Positions 16,892 to 27,129 of a DNA stretch of 40,720 nt are shown in pieces; position 1 is the stretch's first letter; the number at the start of each line of letters is the position of its first letter. The stretch spans positions 1 through 40,720 of IMG/VR virus record IMGVR_UViG_3300036793_000091. One strand, written 5' to 3'. The DNA comes from a virus. Lineage: Duplodnaviria > Caudoviricetes. Below the pieces are notes generated by a model, which ran no database searches, had not been told where the DNA came from, and was given only the letters and a program-made list of their open reading frames with translations. Position numbers and translations under genes: made by a program.

Positions 16892-18130
16892 ATGCCGAAC
16901 CAGTTTTTGAACACTTCCTGGATCTCCATGGAAGTGCTCCGCAACCTGAAGAACGCGATCAAGGTGATCGAGTACTTCAACTCCGACTGGGAGAAGGACT
17001 ATACGAAGACCTTCGCCGTCGGATCAACGGTCCAGATCAAATTCCCGCAACAGTTCCTCATTCGCGATGGTCTGAACTACAACCCGCAAGGCATCAACCG
17101 CCTCACCACCACCGTTTCGCTCGATCAGCCCTTTGGTATCGACTTCCAGTGGGACGATTACGAAGCGGCCGTCAAGGCGGAGCGCTCGGAAGAGGAGATC
17201 AAAGAGCAGTACCTCAATCCGGCCGGCGTGCAGATCGCACAGGAGATCGATTCCCGCGCGGCTCTCTTCGCTAAAAACAACACCTCGCAGATCGCTGGCA
17301 TCCTCGGCACCGATCCGACGAGCGTCGCGTACCTCGATATCGCCCGCGCCCGCTTGCTCCAGAAGGCTGCGCCGCAGACGAAGCGTTGTGCATTGATTTC
17401 TTCCTCGATGCAGAACAACTCGATCAATACGCCCGTCACGAGCCTTTTTCACCCATCGGATGAAATCACCATGGCCTTCAAGGAAGGCGCGCTCGGCCGT
17501 CTCAAGGGCTTCGACGTGTTTGAAGAGCAGGCGCTCTACTCACACACCGCTGGCACCTGGGCTGGCGCAGTCACCGTCAACGGCGGCGGCCAATCAGGCA
17601 CAAACCTGATCGTCACTGCGACCGCTGGCGATACGTTCAATAAGGGCGACAAGATCGCGGTCCTGAACGTGAACATGGTCAACCCGCGCACTCGGCGCTC
17701 GCCTGGGCCGAAGACGCAGCAGACGTTCACCGTCACGCAGGACGTGGTCTGTGTCGGCGGCGGCGTCGACGTGATTCCAATCCTGCCCGCGATGCGCGGT
17801 CCTGGCGATCCTTACCAGACGATCGATGCATTGCCCGCAGCCGGCGCTGCGCTCACGCTGTGGCCCGGAACCTCAAACCCGAACGGCGTTTCCGGCACTT
17901 TCGGACTCGCACTGACGAAGCAGGCATTCGCTGTAGTTGGAATGCGCTTCTATCTGCCGAAGTCGGTCGAGGCCCGCAGCCAGGCTGAAGACAAGGCGAC
18001 CGGAATCCCGGTGCGCTTCGTTAAGGCGTGGGATCCGGTCCGCTCGATGCAGATCCACCGCTTCGACACGGTCTGCGGATTCGGCAACCTGTATCAAGAC
18101 AACGGGGCCGTCGGCCTCCTTGGAGCCTAA
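16892..18130 (+). CDS. major capsid protein (P22 gp5/coat family)
   Basis: N.FL..SWIS.E.L..L.N, G.TV.I..P, L.PA..QIA..ID, I-domain GD...VNP, RFD...GF. Confidence 0.93.
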   Translation: MPNQFLNTSWISMEVLRNLKNAIKVIEYFNSDWEKDYTKTFAVGSTVQIKFPQQFLIRDGLNYNPQGINRLTTTVSLDQPFGIDFQWDDYEAAVKAERSEEEIKEQYLNPAGVQIAQEIDSRAALFAKNNTSQIAGILGTDPTSVAYLDIARARLLQKAAPQTKRCALISSSMQNNSINTPVTSLFHPSDEITMAFKEGALGRLKGFDVFEEQALYSHTAGTWAGAVTVNGGGQSGTNLIVTATAGDTFNKGDKIAVLNVNMVNPRTRRSPGPKTQQTFTVTQDVVCVGGGVDVIPILPAMRGPGDPYQTIDALPAAGAALTLWPGTSNPNGVSGTFGLALTKQAFAVVGMRFYLPKSVEARSQAEDKATGIPVRFVKAWDPVRSMQIHRFDTVCGFGNLYQDNGAVGLLGA

Positions 18131-18187
18131 GGAAAAGGAGAATTCCCGCCAACCGATATTTCCCCGATAACGGCCGGGATCCAAACC

Positions 18188-19141
18188 ATGAAAAATAAAA
18201 TCGTAGTTCTCTCGCTCGTCCTTCTGGCTTCCATGCTGGCGCTGCCGGCATTCGGCCAGACCTTGCTCACGCAAACCACGCTCGCCGCCGCGGTTTCGAA
18301 CTCATCGACGACCACGATCAAAGTCGCTTCGGCGACTGGCATCACCGCCAATTCCACGGTGCTCTATATCGCCGATGGCAATTCCGGTGAGGCCGTTGTC
18401 GTCAACTCGGTGAACGGAACCTATATCGGCGTCACGCGCGGCTACCAGACCCTCGGGTCGGCCGCGCCGCACGCTTCAGGAGCTCTCGTTTTCGTTGGAC
18501 CGTCGAACGCCTTTACGACGGTTCAGCCAAGCGGCTCCTGTGTGCGCGCGAACGTGCCCTATTTACCCGTCATCGCGCTCGGTCTAGGCGGGGCCGCAAC
18601 CACCATCTCCGACTGCCTCGGCGGCGTCTGGGTGACTGGCGTCGGAAATCCGTTGCAAGAGTTTCAGGTTCAGGCACCGGGGACCGGCGGCACCGCGTAC
18701 ACGTCGCTCAACGGAACAGGCACGGCAACTGTCGCTGGAACGTTCTACTGCAACGAAATCGATCTCGATGCAAATACATGGATCACCGGCCTCGGTGTCC
18801 TGAACGGCACCACGGTCGGAACCGATAACCACCTGGTCGCGCTCTACGATGCCAGCGGCAACCTGCTGGCGAATAGCGCAGCGGCTGGCGTGCTGGCGGC
18901 TTCGGCTTCCACCTACCAGCAGATTGCATTCACGTCGAAGTACTTCGCGGTTGGTCCCGCGCGGTTTTTCGGCTGTGTGCAATCGAACGGCACGACCGCC
19001 ACGGTACGCATGATCGTCACCGGAACCCAGGACACCTACTTGACTAAGAGCTTCACTGGGGTGTTCGGGACGATCCCTGCCACCTTTACGGTCCCGACCA
19101 CGTTCACAACCGCGGTTGGGCCGTATCTGTACGTTTATTAA
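18188..19141 (+). CDS. putative capsid decoration/fibre protein with Sec signal peptide
   Basis: Directly after coat; MKNKIVVLSLVLLASMLALPAFG|Q; TTL.AAV....T.I.VASATG...E.V.V...V.RG..T.A..H..GA.V; Thr/Gly-rich beta protein. Confidence 0.7.
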   Translation: MKNKIVVLSLVLLASMLALPAFGQTLLTQTTLAAAVSNSSTTTIKVASATGITANSTVLYIADGNSGEAVVVNSVNGTYIGVTRGYQTLGSAAPHASGALVFVGPSNAFTTVQPSGSCVRANVPYLPVIALGLGGAATTISDCLGGVWVTGVGNPLQEFQVQAPGTGGTAYTSLNGTGTATVAGTFYCNEIDLDANTWITGLGVLNGTTVGTDNHLVALYDASGNLLANSAAAGVLAASASTYQQIAFTSKYFAVGPARFFGCVQSNGTTATVRMIVTGTQDTYLTKSFTGVFGTIPATFTVPTTFTTAVGPYLYVY

Positions 19142-19189
19142 AAGAAGTCGTCGCACGTTTTTCGGGGGAGGACCGTGCGCTTGACTGGC

Positions 19190-19228
19190 GCGGGGCTCGG
19201 CCTAACCGGACCGGCCCCGCCCATTTTC
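19190..19228 (+). terminator. possible intrinsic terminator after head genes
   Basis: GCGGGGC...GCCCCGC stem followed by CCATTTTCT. Confidence 0.45.
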
Positions 19229-19238
19229 TAAAACCGCA

Positions 19239-19724
19239 ATGCCACTGCACGAAGCGAAATCCAAAAACTCACGCGAGAGCTTTCCGCTCGCCTTCGATCT
19301 TGAAGGCGTGCCACGGGAAAGAGCGACGCGCGAACTCCTGATGCAACAGGAAAGACAAAAACAAAACGAGGATCACAGCATGAACAGCCCCGAGAATCAC
19401 TTCGCCGTGGATCAGATGCAGGAATTCGATCCCAACAAGCCGCCGCAAAGGCCCTACAATCCGCACGATCCGAAAAACCAATTTCCGCGCATCGTCTACC
19501 ACCACGACACCGGACACGTGCTTCAGGTCGAAGATGAGAAGCAGTTGAAGGCCGCAACAAAACGCGCCTACAAGCTCACACCTGCGCCCGATCGCGACTA
19601 TTCGAAGATCACGAGCTCTGGAATCGCGGCGAAGATTTCAGCCGCCGACGTTCGCGAAGAGCAGCAACTCTCGGCCGCCGATCTCGCCGCGATCGATGAA
19701 GCTGAAAACACAAACGACGAGTAA
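19239..19724 (+). CDS. head-associated hypothetical protein (start uncertain; may be 19341 or 19380)
   Basis: FPRIVYH...V.DE..L..A....Y..P motif typical of the post-coat gene in P22-like phages. Confidence 0.6.
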   Translation: MPLHEAKSKNSRESFPLAFDLEGVPRERATRELLMQQERQKQNEDHSMNSPENHFAVDQMQEFDPNKPPQRPYNPHDPKNQFPRIVYHHDTGHVLQVEDEKQLKAATKRAYKLTPAPDRDYSKITSSGIAAKISAADVREEQQLSAADLAAIDEAENTNDE

Positions 19725-19728
19725 CTAG

Positions 19729-20556
19729 ATGCCGATCGCACCGCCCAACGCGCCGCCCAACCCGCTCTCCTACATCGTCCTCGACCTCATCACCGATGCG
19801 CTCATTGAAATCGGAGCGCATCCACCAGGTGAAGAAGTCTCGGGCGAAGAGGCGCAGTGGGCCTTCCGCAAGTTCAATTACCTTTGCGACACATGGGCGG
19901 CGCTGCGCGGAAAAGTCTTCTCGTCGCAGTTCAACGTCTACACACTGATTGCCGGCCTCTCGCCGCACTTGATCGGACCGAGCGGCCTCGCGAATTTTTC
20001 CACGTCGCCGCAACCGCGCCCGGTCCGCATCGAATCGGCTGCTCTGCTTTTGAATAACGCCGGCGCCAACGGCCCGGTCGATCAGCAGATCAATATTCGC
20101 GATGCCGCATGGTGGGCGGCACAGCAGGTCAAGAGCATTCAGACGGACGTCCCGACCGACCTCTTCTACAACCCCTCGAGCCCCGATGGCCAGCTCTATT
20201 TCTGGCCGGTCCCAGATTCGCAGCAAAAAGTTCGTTTGCAGCTCTGGCAATCGGTTTCGCAATTTGTCTCGATCCAGGACCCGATCGGCGGACCGGGCGG
20301 ACCGGGCACGCTCCCGCCTGGCTATCGCAACGCGATGATGCTCACGCTCGCCGAGGAGCTCCTGCCGGCGAACAAGCGAGATGAGAATCCGACACTCGCG
20401 GCAAACGCCTTGCGAGCTCGAACCGCAATCTTCGGGAACAACGCGAAGAGCCCGCGGATGACGACACAAGATTCAGGGATGCCGCGCGCCGGCGGAAAAG
20501 GACGCGGAGATTTCAATTGGCAATCCGGCGGAAGAGTCGGCGGTCCGCCCGAATAG
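19729..20556 (+). CDS. head-to-tail adaptor (P22 gp4-like)
   Basis: DLI.DAL.EIG....GE...EE...A...N...D.W; P..LFY......LYFWPVP; LPPGY..A....LA.EL. Confidence 0.82.
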   Translation: MPIAPPNAPPNPLSYIVLDLITDALIEIGAHPPGEEVSGEEAQWAFRKFNYLCDTWAALRGKVFSSQFNVYTLIAGLSPHLIGPSGLANFSTSPQPRPVRIESAALLLNNAGANGPVDQQINIRDAAWWAAQQVKSIQTDVPTDLFYNPSSPDGQLYFWPVPDSQQKVRLQLWQSVSQFVSIQDPIGGPGGPGTLPPGYRNAMMLTLAEELLPANKRDENPTLAANALRARTAIFGNNAKSPRMTTQDSGMPRAGGKGRGDFNWQSGGRVGGPPE

Positions 20557-20562
20557 GAATTT

Positions 20563-20778
20563 ATGCCTGAGAATCCAAAGAACATTCTGACGCTCACTCT
20601 TCGCCTGCACGATCCGGACGAAAAGCAAAACGCTGATCTCTCGACGTCGTGGGTGGTCGTCTCCGTCCCGCGCGAGAACCTGAAGCTCTCGCAGCCGGAT
20701 TTCATCGCGAAATATATCGTGCCGGCACTCGGAGAACTGAAGCAGATCGCCGTGGCAGCAGAAAGCAAACTGCCTTAA
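20563..20778 (+). CDS. hypothetical protein
   Basis: AGGA RBS; fills gap in tail operon. Confidence 0.6.
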   Translation: MPENPKNILTLTLRLHDPDEKQNADLSTSWVVVSVPRENLKLSQPDFIAKYIVPALGELKQIAVAAESKLP

Positions 20779-20784
20779 CCCTTT

Positions 20785-22239
20785 ATGGCCGGCTCCTGGG
20801 GCTTCTGCGGTCCAACTTACACGGCGCAATCGCCGAACATCGACGACGAAGACGCAATGAACTGCTATTGCGAGAAGTCGGAGTCGAGCGGAGCGAAGGT
20901 GCCGATCGCGCTCCTACATACGCCCGGCCTCAAGAAGTTTGCGGCCGTCGGCGAAGGCTCGATGCCCGGCAGCTTCAGCGTGAACGGCCGCACCTTTTTT
21001 GCCGCTTCGAATTTGTATGAGCTCGCAGCGAATGGCGCGACCACAAACCGCGGGAGCTTGGGCGCGGCGCCGACGACGCCGACACAGATCACCGCGAACG
21101 AAACGCAGCTCGTCGTTTTGAACAATGGCAACATCTACGTGCTGACGCTCGCGACCAATGTTCTCGTCGCCGTCAACATGGCCCAGTTCAACGGCCCGGT
21201 CGCGCAAATCGATTTCATCGATGGCTACATCATCGCGACGCTCCAGAATTCGCATACTTTTCAGGTTTCAAACCTCGAAGACGGGACAACCTGGAACGGG
21301 CTGAACATCGCGACGCTCTCTTATTTCCCGGACAACATCGTCTCGATGAAGGTCGATCACCGGCAACTGCGATTCTGGTCGAACAAAAAGTCGATCGCCT
21401 ATTACAACGCCGGCGCCGGCTTCCCGCCCTTCATCCCTTACCAGGACTCTGAGCTCGAGGACGGCTCGGGCGCGGCCTTCGCAACCGTGCAAGCGGATAA
21501 CACGCTCTTTTGGCTGAGCCAGGACGAGCGCGGCGCGATGGTTGCGAAGCGCCTCTCGTCGAACAGCGGGAGTGAGCGCTTCTCGACGCACGCGGTCGAA
21601 CTGGCCTGGCAGCAATATGCGATCAACTCCGATTGCGTCGGCTATTCGTATCAGGAGTACGGGCACACTTTCATCCACTTTTATTTTCCGAACGCGAATG
21701 CTTCCTGGCGCTACGACGTTGCGACGGGCCTCTGGCACAAAGTCGGCTATTTCGTCACGCAGACCGGAAAGTATATTGCCCATCGCTCGATGTGCCACAC
21801 CTTCAACTTCGGAATGCACCTTGTCGGCGACTGGGCGACGGGCACGGTTTATCAGATGTCGAGCTTGCTCCTCGATGACGACGGCAATCCCATCCGCGGC
21901 TATCGGCGCACGCCGACGAATTCAAAAGACAACGAGTGGATTTATTTTGAGGAGCTCGAGCTCGACGTCGAAACCGGTCTCGGCCCGCAGCCGCCTTTGC
22001 TCGACGGCGACGGTCAACCGCGAGGACCGCAACTCATGCTCCGCTGGACAAATGATGCCGGGAAAACATGGTCGAACGAATATATTCTGTCGTGCGGCAA
22101 GGCCGGAGAAACCCTCAAGCGAGTCGTGAAGCGCATGCTCGGCCGCGCGCGCAAACGGGTGTGGGAAGTTTCCTGGACGGACCCGGTTCCCTGGCGCTTC
22201 GCCGATGCCTATCTGCGCGCCACACCCGAAATTGAGTAA
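20785..22239 (+). CDS. tail hub / packaged DNA stabilisation protein (P22 gp10-like)
   Basis: N.Y.E...L..TPGL, F.DGY, S.L.D...W, PD.I, ST.A.E, Y...GH.F, YD..TG.WH, L.W..D.G.TW, R.LG..R.R. Confidence 0.9.
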   Translation: MAGSWGFCGPTYTAQSPNIDDEDAMNCYCEKSESSGAKVPIALLHTPGLKKFAAVGEGSMPGSFSVNGRTFFAASNLYELAANGATTNRGSLGAAPTTPTQITANETQLVVLNNGNIYVLTLATNVLVAVNMAQFNGPVAQIDFIDGYIIATLQNSHTFQVSNLEDGTTWNGLNIATLSYFPDNIVSMKVDHRQLRFWSNKKSIAYYNAGAGFPPFIPYQDSELEDGSGAAFATVQADNTLFWLSQDERGAMVAKRLSSNSGSERFSTHAVELAWQQYAINSDCVGYSYQEYGHTFIHFYFPNANASWRYDVATGLWHKVGYFVTQTGKYIAHRSMCHTFNFGMHLVGDWATGTVYQMSSLLLDDDGNPIRGYRRTPTNSKDNEWIYFEELELDVETGLGPQPPLLDGDGQPRGPQLMLRWTNDAGKTWSNEYILSCGKAGETLKRVVKRMLGRARKRVWEVSWTDPVPWRFADAYLRATPEIE

Positions 22240-22242
22240 GCG

Positions 22243-22581
22243 ATGCCGACAAGCGTAACCAATCTCTTTCCGCCATCGCTACGTGATTCGTCGCTCCCGA
22301 AAGGGCTCGAACGGTATCTCTTCACGCTGCAAAGACTCTCTCCGCTCTACGAGGTCGACACAACGAGCGGCCCCTACTCGGAAGCGGTCCCGCCGGCGGG
22401 GCTCTCGTCGACAGCAACTGGCGCGAGCAATCAAAACATGGAGATCACTTACGTGAAGACTTCGGCTGATGCGAACGTCTTCACGCTAACGGGCGTGCAG
22501 CTCGGGGCTTTGACACTCACCGCCCAGGGCGATCACTTCAAAATCAAAAGCGACGGCACAAATTGGTGGCGGGTTGCATGA
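22243..22581 (+). CDS. tail needle/knob-like protein (gp26 position)
   Basis: Position after gp10; C-terminal VKTS.DAN..T....LT.Q......SDGTNWW beta-knob motif. Confidence 0.6.
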   Translation: MPTSVTNLFPPSLRDSSLPKGLERYLFTLQRLSPLYEVDTTSGPYSEAVPPAGLSSTATGASNQNMEITYVKTSADANVFTLTGVQLGALTLTAQGDHFKIKSDGTNWWRVA

Positions 22582-23033
22582 AAGTCGCAAGATGCCGCGA
22601 CTGGAAGCTCATCTGGGAGCTCGCAACCGACCCGTCGATCTTCCCGCACATTTCGGACGACTTCACGACCGAGCCGCGGCAATGGGTGCCGCCACAGAAC
22701 GAGCAGATGATCTGCCTCGTCGCCTGGGACGGTGACAACCCTCTCGGCTTCGGGATCTTCGCGCCGACGAACTGGGTTTGCTACACAGCGCACATCGGCT
22801 TTCTGCCCAGAAGTTACGGGGCGAAGTCGATCGCCGGTTTCAAACAGATGCTCAGCTGGATGTGGGAGCACACGAAGGCCGTTCGCATCGTCGGCGAGAT
22901 TGCGATCGAGAACCGGCGCGCGATCGCCTTTGTGCGGCGCGCGGGCTTCGTCGCTTACGGCATCAATCCGAAAAGCATTTTGCGCGGCAACATCTTGCGC
23001 GACCAGGTTGCGCTCGGGATCTCCCGACCATAA
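22578..23033 (+). CDS. GNAT-fold protein (P22 gp14 position)
   Basis: H.GFLP..YG, G.I...NRRAI.F..R.GF..YG. Confidence 0.8.
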   Translation: MKVARCRDWKLIWELATDPSIFPHISDDFTTEPRQWVPPQNEQMICLVAWDGDNPLGFGIFAPTNWVCYTAHIGFLPRSYGAKSIAGFKQMLSWMWEHTKAVRIVGEIAIENRRAIAFVRRAGFVAYGINPKSILRGNILRDQVALGISRP

Positions 23034-23043
23034 GGAATAAACC

Positions 23044-23775
23044 ATGTCATTCGTCAGCTCATTAGTCGGTGGAATTCTAGGCTCGGGCGCTGCGAACGAT
23101 GCAGCGAGCGTCGAATCGCAGGCAGCGAAAAAGGCGCAGGATCTCGAAAAGCAAAACCAGACCGACGCGCTCAACGCGCAGAACGGCGTCTGGTCGGGCA
23201 CGCAGGCCGCGGAGCAGCCCTACCAGGACCTCGGCCGGACTTCCGCGAACAGTCTTCGCAACCTGCTCCAGACGGGCTTTAAAGCCCCGACCCTCGCCGA
23301 AGCGGAACAGACTCCCGGCTTCAAGTTCAACCTCGAACAGGGCACGAACGCCATCAATCAGAACGCGGCCGCGAACGGTACGCTCATGTCCGGCAACACC
23401 GGCGTCGCGCTTGAGAAGTACGGCCAGAACCTCGCCGAGACCACATATCAGCAGGATTATCAGAACGCCATGAATTCTTACATGGCGAACTACAACACGC
23501 TCCAGGGCGGAACGAATACCGGCCTCACATCCACCGGGCAGCTCGGGCAGTTCGGGCAGGAGTTCGCAAACAACACCGGCAATATCGATCTCACCGCCGC
23601 AGATCAGCAGGCAAAGCAAATCAACAATGCCGCGGCCGCGCGAGCTTCCGGGTATCTCGGATCAGCGGGTGCGTGGAGTGGCGCCGCCGGCGGCATGGCC
23701 GCGGGCGCAGCAAACCTCGATCTCAGCGGCGGCTCTTCGCTCTTAGAGAACGTCGGAAATTTTCTGATGGCTTAA
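23044..23775 (+). CDS. DNA ejection protein (gp7-like)
   Basis: AAGGA RBS; Gly/Ala/Gln-rich; PY..LG, PGF.F.L.QG..A....AAA.G...SG.T..AL..YGQ.LA. Confidence 0.85.
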   Translation: MSFVSSLVGGILGSGAANDAASVESQAAKKAQDLEKQNQTDALNAQNGVWSGTQAAEQPYQDLGRTSANSLRNLLQTGFKAPTLAEAEQTPGFKFNLEQGTNAINQNAAANGTLMSGNTGVALEKYGQNLAETTYQQDYQNAMNSYMANYNTLQGGTNTGLTSTGQLGQFGQEFANNTGNIDLTAADQQAKQINNAAAARASGYLGSAGAWSGAAGGMAAGAANLDLSGGSSLLENVGNFLMA

Positions 23776-23779
23776 ACCT

Positions 23780-25465
23780 ATGGGAACCGTACCAGCTCCA
23801 AACATCGCCGAAATGGGCATGCAGATTGCCCAGGCACCGGCAAACACTTTCGCCGAATACGCGCGTGCCGCTAACTTGCGGCAGCAGACCGCGCTCGCCC
23901 AGCAGCAAACGCAGGGCGCCGCGCTCGAAAATCAGCAGAGGCAGCAGGCGATCACCAACCAGAAAGCCATCGGCCAAGCGATGCTCGGATGGGACGGCAA
24001 AGATCCCGGCGAACTATCAAAAGCGATCATCACTCATGGGGGCACCGCAGATGCCGCCATGAACACGCAAAAGCATTTTCTCGATGTTCGCACGCAGGCC
24101 TCGACCCTCGACAAAGACAACCTCGCGAACCTGAAAATGCACAACGATGCCGCGCTCGGGGCCTTTCACTCGCTCGATAGCGTCGCTGACGAGGATCTCC
24201 CGAACGCGGTCCTCACAACCGCTCACGGCCTGCTCCAATCTGGACACATTCAGCCGCAGGATTTTCAGCAGGTGCAACAGATGGCTGGATTGCCCGGATC
24301 CGAATTACGCCAGCATCTCGCCATCTGGGAAAAAGGCCATCAAGGCTATGACGAGCAGTTTAAGCAGGCCGATGATCTGAGGAAGAGCCAAGTCGCGAAG
24401 CAGGAGGCCGATACAAAACAACAAGAGGCAAACGCGAAGGACTGGCAGAAGGACGATCAGCTCGGCATGTTCTTCAACACGCGGACCGGCGAAGTGAAGA
24501 CACCGATGGGGCAGATGGTTTCGCCGGCGATGCTCGAATCGAAGTACGTCCAACTTGCGGCCAAAAAAGCCGCCGGCCAACCTCTCGCTCCCGAAGATAC
24601 CGCTTTCATGAAGGGCGTCGAAAGATATAAAACGCTCGTGCCTCAGTTCACGATCAACCAAAACACGACCGGCGCGGGCTTGATCCCCGGGGCTGGGCAA
24701 CCAGGTGGCCAAGGCGGCGCTCCGCCGACCATTGAAAATGTTCCGGCTTCGATTGCCGGCCGCGTGAAACAGATCATCGATTACCGTGGTCCGATGCCGC
24801 CAGCTGGCCGCAATAATCCCGTCAATACCGCGATCAGCTACTGGGTGAACCAGCTCGATCCGCAACACGACGAGACGAACTATGGCGCGCGCAACAAGAT
24901 GATGACCAACATCACCTCGGGCGCTCTCGGTAAGCAATTGAACGCGACCAACACGGCTCTCGGACACATCAAAGTGCTGAACGACGCGATCGACGCACTA
25001 AACAATAACAGCGTTCCAATGCTCAACGCGATCGCGAACAAACTCGGCATCGCGATCGGCGACACCCCCGCCACTACGTTTAAAACGATTGTGCACCGCG
25101 TTGGTCCAGAACTCGCATCGGCCTACATCGAAGGCGGCGGCGGAGAACATGAGCGCGGGACGACGGCCGCTGATTTCTCGGAAAACGCAGCGCCAGCGCA
25201 ATTGAAGGCGAATGCGGCGATCACCGCCCAATTGCTGCGCTCGAAAATCGGCGCTACCGAACAGCAATACAAAACGACAATGCGGCGCGAGGACTTCCAG
25301 GACCGCTTTCTCACTCCCGAAGCGAAGGCCACTCTTGCAGAACTTTCGCCTGCTAAGAGCGCAGACGGCAAGGCGATCTCCGTCAAAGCCCCAAACGGTA
25401 AGACCTACAACTTCCAAGATCAGGCCTCCGCCGATCGATTCAAGAAGGCCGCTGGAATCCAGTGA
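23780..25465 (+). CDS. DNA ejection protein (gp20-like)
   Basis: Position; Q/A-rich helical protein; C-terminal V.APNG..Y.F..Q..A..FK. Confidence 0.7.
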   Translation: MGTVPAPNIAEMGMQIAQAPANTFAEYARAANLRQQTALAQQQTQGAALENQQRQQAITNQKAIGQAMLGWDGKDPGELSKAIITHGGTADAAMNTQKHFLDVRTQASTLDKDNLANLKMHNDAALGAFHSLDSVADEDLPNAVLTTAHGLLQSGHIQPQDFQQVQQMAGLPGSELRQHLAIWEKGHQGYDEQFKQADDLRKSQVAKQEADTKQQEANAKDWQKDDQLGMFFNTRTGEVKTPMGQMVSPAMLESKYVQLAAKKAAGQPLAPEDTAFMKGVERYKTLVPQFTINQNTTGAGLIPGAGQPGGQGGAPPTIENVPASIAGRVKQIIDYRGPMPPAGRNNPVNTAISYWVNQLDPQHDETNYGARNKMMTNITSGALGKQLNATNTALGHIKVLNDAIDALNNNSVPMLNAIANKLGIAIGDTPATTFKTIVHRVGPELASAYIEGGGGEHERGTTAADFSENAAPAQLKANAAITAQLLRSKIGATEQQYKTTMRREDFQDRFLTPEAKATLAELSPAKSADGKAISVKAPNGKTYNFQDQASADRFKKAAGIQ

Positions 25466-27129
25466 GCACAGCAGCTCCAACTCTAAGCGTCGACTACGAT
25501 GCGCTCGCCGCGCAACACGGAGCGACTCCGGCAGTGGATTACGATGCGCTCGCACAACAGCACGGAGCGTCATCAAGCGAAGCGCCGATCGACAACCGTT
25601 CCTTGACGGAAAAAGCGGGCGACGTGATGGGGCGCGCCGCCGAGCGAGTGAAATCAAATCTTACTCCGGACAATATCGCCGACAGCATCTCCGCTCTCAT
25701 CCAGCAAGCGGAAGACACGATTCGCCATCCTTCACAAAAATCAAACCTCGTCGAGAACCTTAAAAATGCCTATAACTCCCTGAAAACGACTTACTCCGAT
25801 CCGGCAAACGTTATCGGCGATGTCGCGACCGGCGCGCTTACCGGCGGGTTAGGGGAAGCAGAAGGCCCGGCCGCATCTGTTGCCCGCGAAGCCGCTCCCG
25901 CTGCTGCTCGAGGCGTTGCCCCCGCCGTAAGCGAAGAAGCGCTCGGAAGAATCAGCCGCGTGGCGAATGTTTTAGAGCACAACGTCCCTGGCGCAGAGCC
26001 GATCGCGAAAGCGGTTCGTCTCGTGAAACTGCCCGGCAAGTTGCTGGATGCGTGGAACGGACCAGAGCCGCCCGCGCCGCCAACGCCGAAGCCTCCAGCA
26101 GCTGCGATTCCCGAAACCGACGGAGTCCCGTGGGGCAGCGGCGGACAAGGCCCTCTCGACTTGCGTGGAAAAAGAATTGAGACGCCTGCATCTGAAGCGG
26201 CTCCCGCGCCGGAAGCGACTGCGGCCGCGTCAGAAACCCCTGCGACGGCCGCGTCGCCGGCGACGGTGCCGGCGGGATCCGCGAAGCTCGAAGAATTATT
26301 GAACGATGCTTTAGGCGGCAAGCCTCTGAAGCCTGGCGTCACGCTCAAGAATCAGGCGACAGCTGCAGCTGTAGCAGATCTTCCCGAGGGATTCACGCCG
26401 GTGAAGTCATCGGCCTTACGCGGTTACAAGTACGATCCCGCAACCCGCGAATTCGAATCGGTTACAAGCGGTGGCCAGCGCTACGTTCACGGCGACGTCT
26501 CCCCTGAAGAGGCGCAGGCCTTCGAGTCGGCCGAGTCGAAAGGAAAAGCCTGGCAGCAGATCCGCGAAAATCCGCTTGTCGCAAAAGTTGTGAATGGCAA
26601 ACGGATGCCGATCGTGAAGCCACAACCACGCACCGTCGTGCTGGATCCAGAAACTGGCCGGCCGGAATTTTCCGATGTAATCGCGGCAAAGAGAAACGCA
26701 GCAGCTCCAGCAGCTGCAGCTCCACAATCGAAGCCTGCGGCTGCACCTGGCGAAGAGGACCTCACTTCCCTGCTCCAGCAATCTGTCGACCAGGTGAAGG
26801 TTGGTAAAGGCGGTGTCATGACGTCGGCCGAGCCTGGCGCGCTCGCTAAACGTTGGGGAGTGGATCCGGAAAGCCTCAGCTCGGGACGCGAGCAAACTCG
26901 CGGCATGACTCCGGAGCAGACGGAAGCGTACATCGAGAAGCTCGCCGACTCTTATCGCAAGGGCCGTCCGGTCGAACCTGTGATGGAAACGCGCGACGCT
27001 CAGAACAACATCGTCGACGTGGATGGAAGAGCACGCGCGATCGCGGCGCAGCGGGCAGGAATTAAAAGGATTCCGATTATGATCCGGCGCATTGGCGCAG
27101 CTGCGGAGAAAGCGGAGCGTCCTGAGTGA
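25462..27129 (+). CDS. DNA ejection protein (gp16 position) with KTSC and ParB/Srx-like domains
   Basis: N-terminal VDYDALAxQHGA x2; PVKSSALRGYKYDPATR...Y...V......F..AESKGK (KTSC); IEKLADS......EPV......VDGRARAIAA...G...IP (ParB-like). Confidence 0.75.
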   Translation: MSTAAPTLSVDYDALAAQHGATPAVDYDALAQQHGASSSEAPIDNRSLTEKAGDVMGRAAERVKSNLTPDNIADSISALIQQAEDTIRHPSQKSNLVENLKNAYNSLKTTYSDPANVIGDVATGALTGGLGEAEGPAASVAREAAPAAARGVAPAVSEEALGRISRVANVLEHNVPGAEPIAKAVRLVKLPGKLLDAWNGPEPPAPPTPKPPAAAIPETDGVPWGSGGQGPLDLRGKRIETPASEAAPAPEATAAASETPATAASPATVPAGSAKLEELLNDALGGKPLKPGVTLKNQATAAAVADLPEGFTPVKSSALRGYKYDPATREFESVTSGGQRYVHGDVSPEEAQAFESAESKGKAWQQIRENPLVAKVVNGKRMPIVKPQPRTVVLDPETGRPEFSDVIAAKRNAAAPAAAAPQSKPAAAPGEEDLTSLLQQSVDQVKVGKGGVMTSAEPGALAKRWGVDPESLSSGREQTRGMTPEQTEAYIEKLADSYRKGRPVEPVMETRDAQNNIVDVDGRARAIAAQRAGIKRIPIMIRRIGAAAEKAERPE

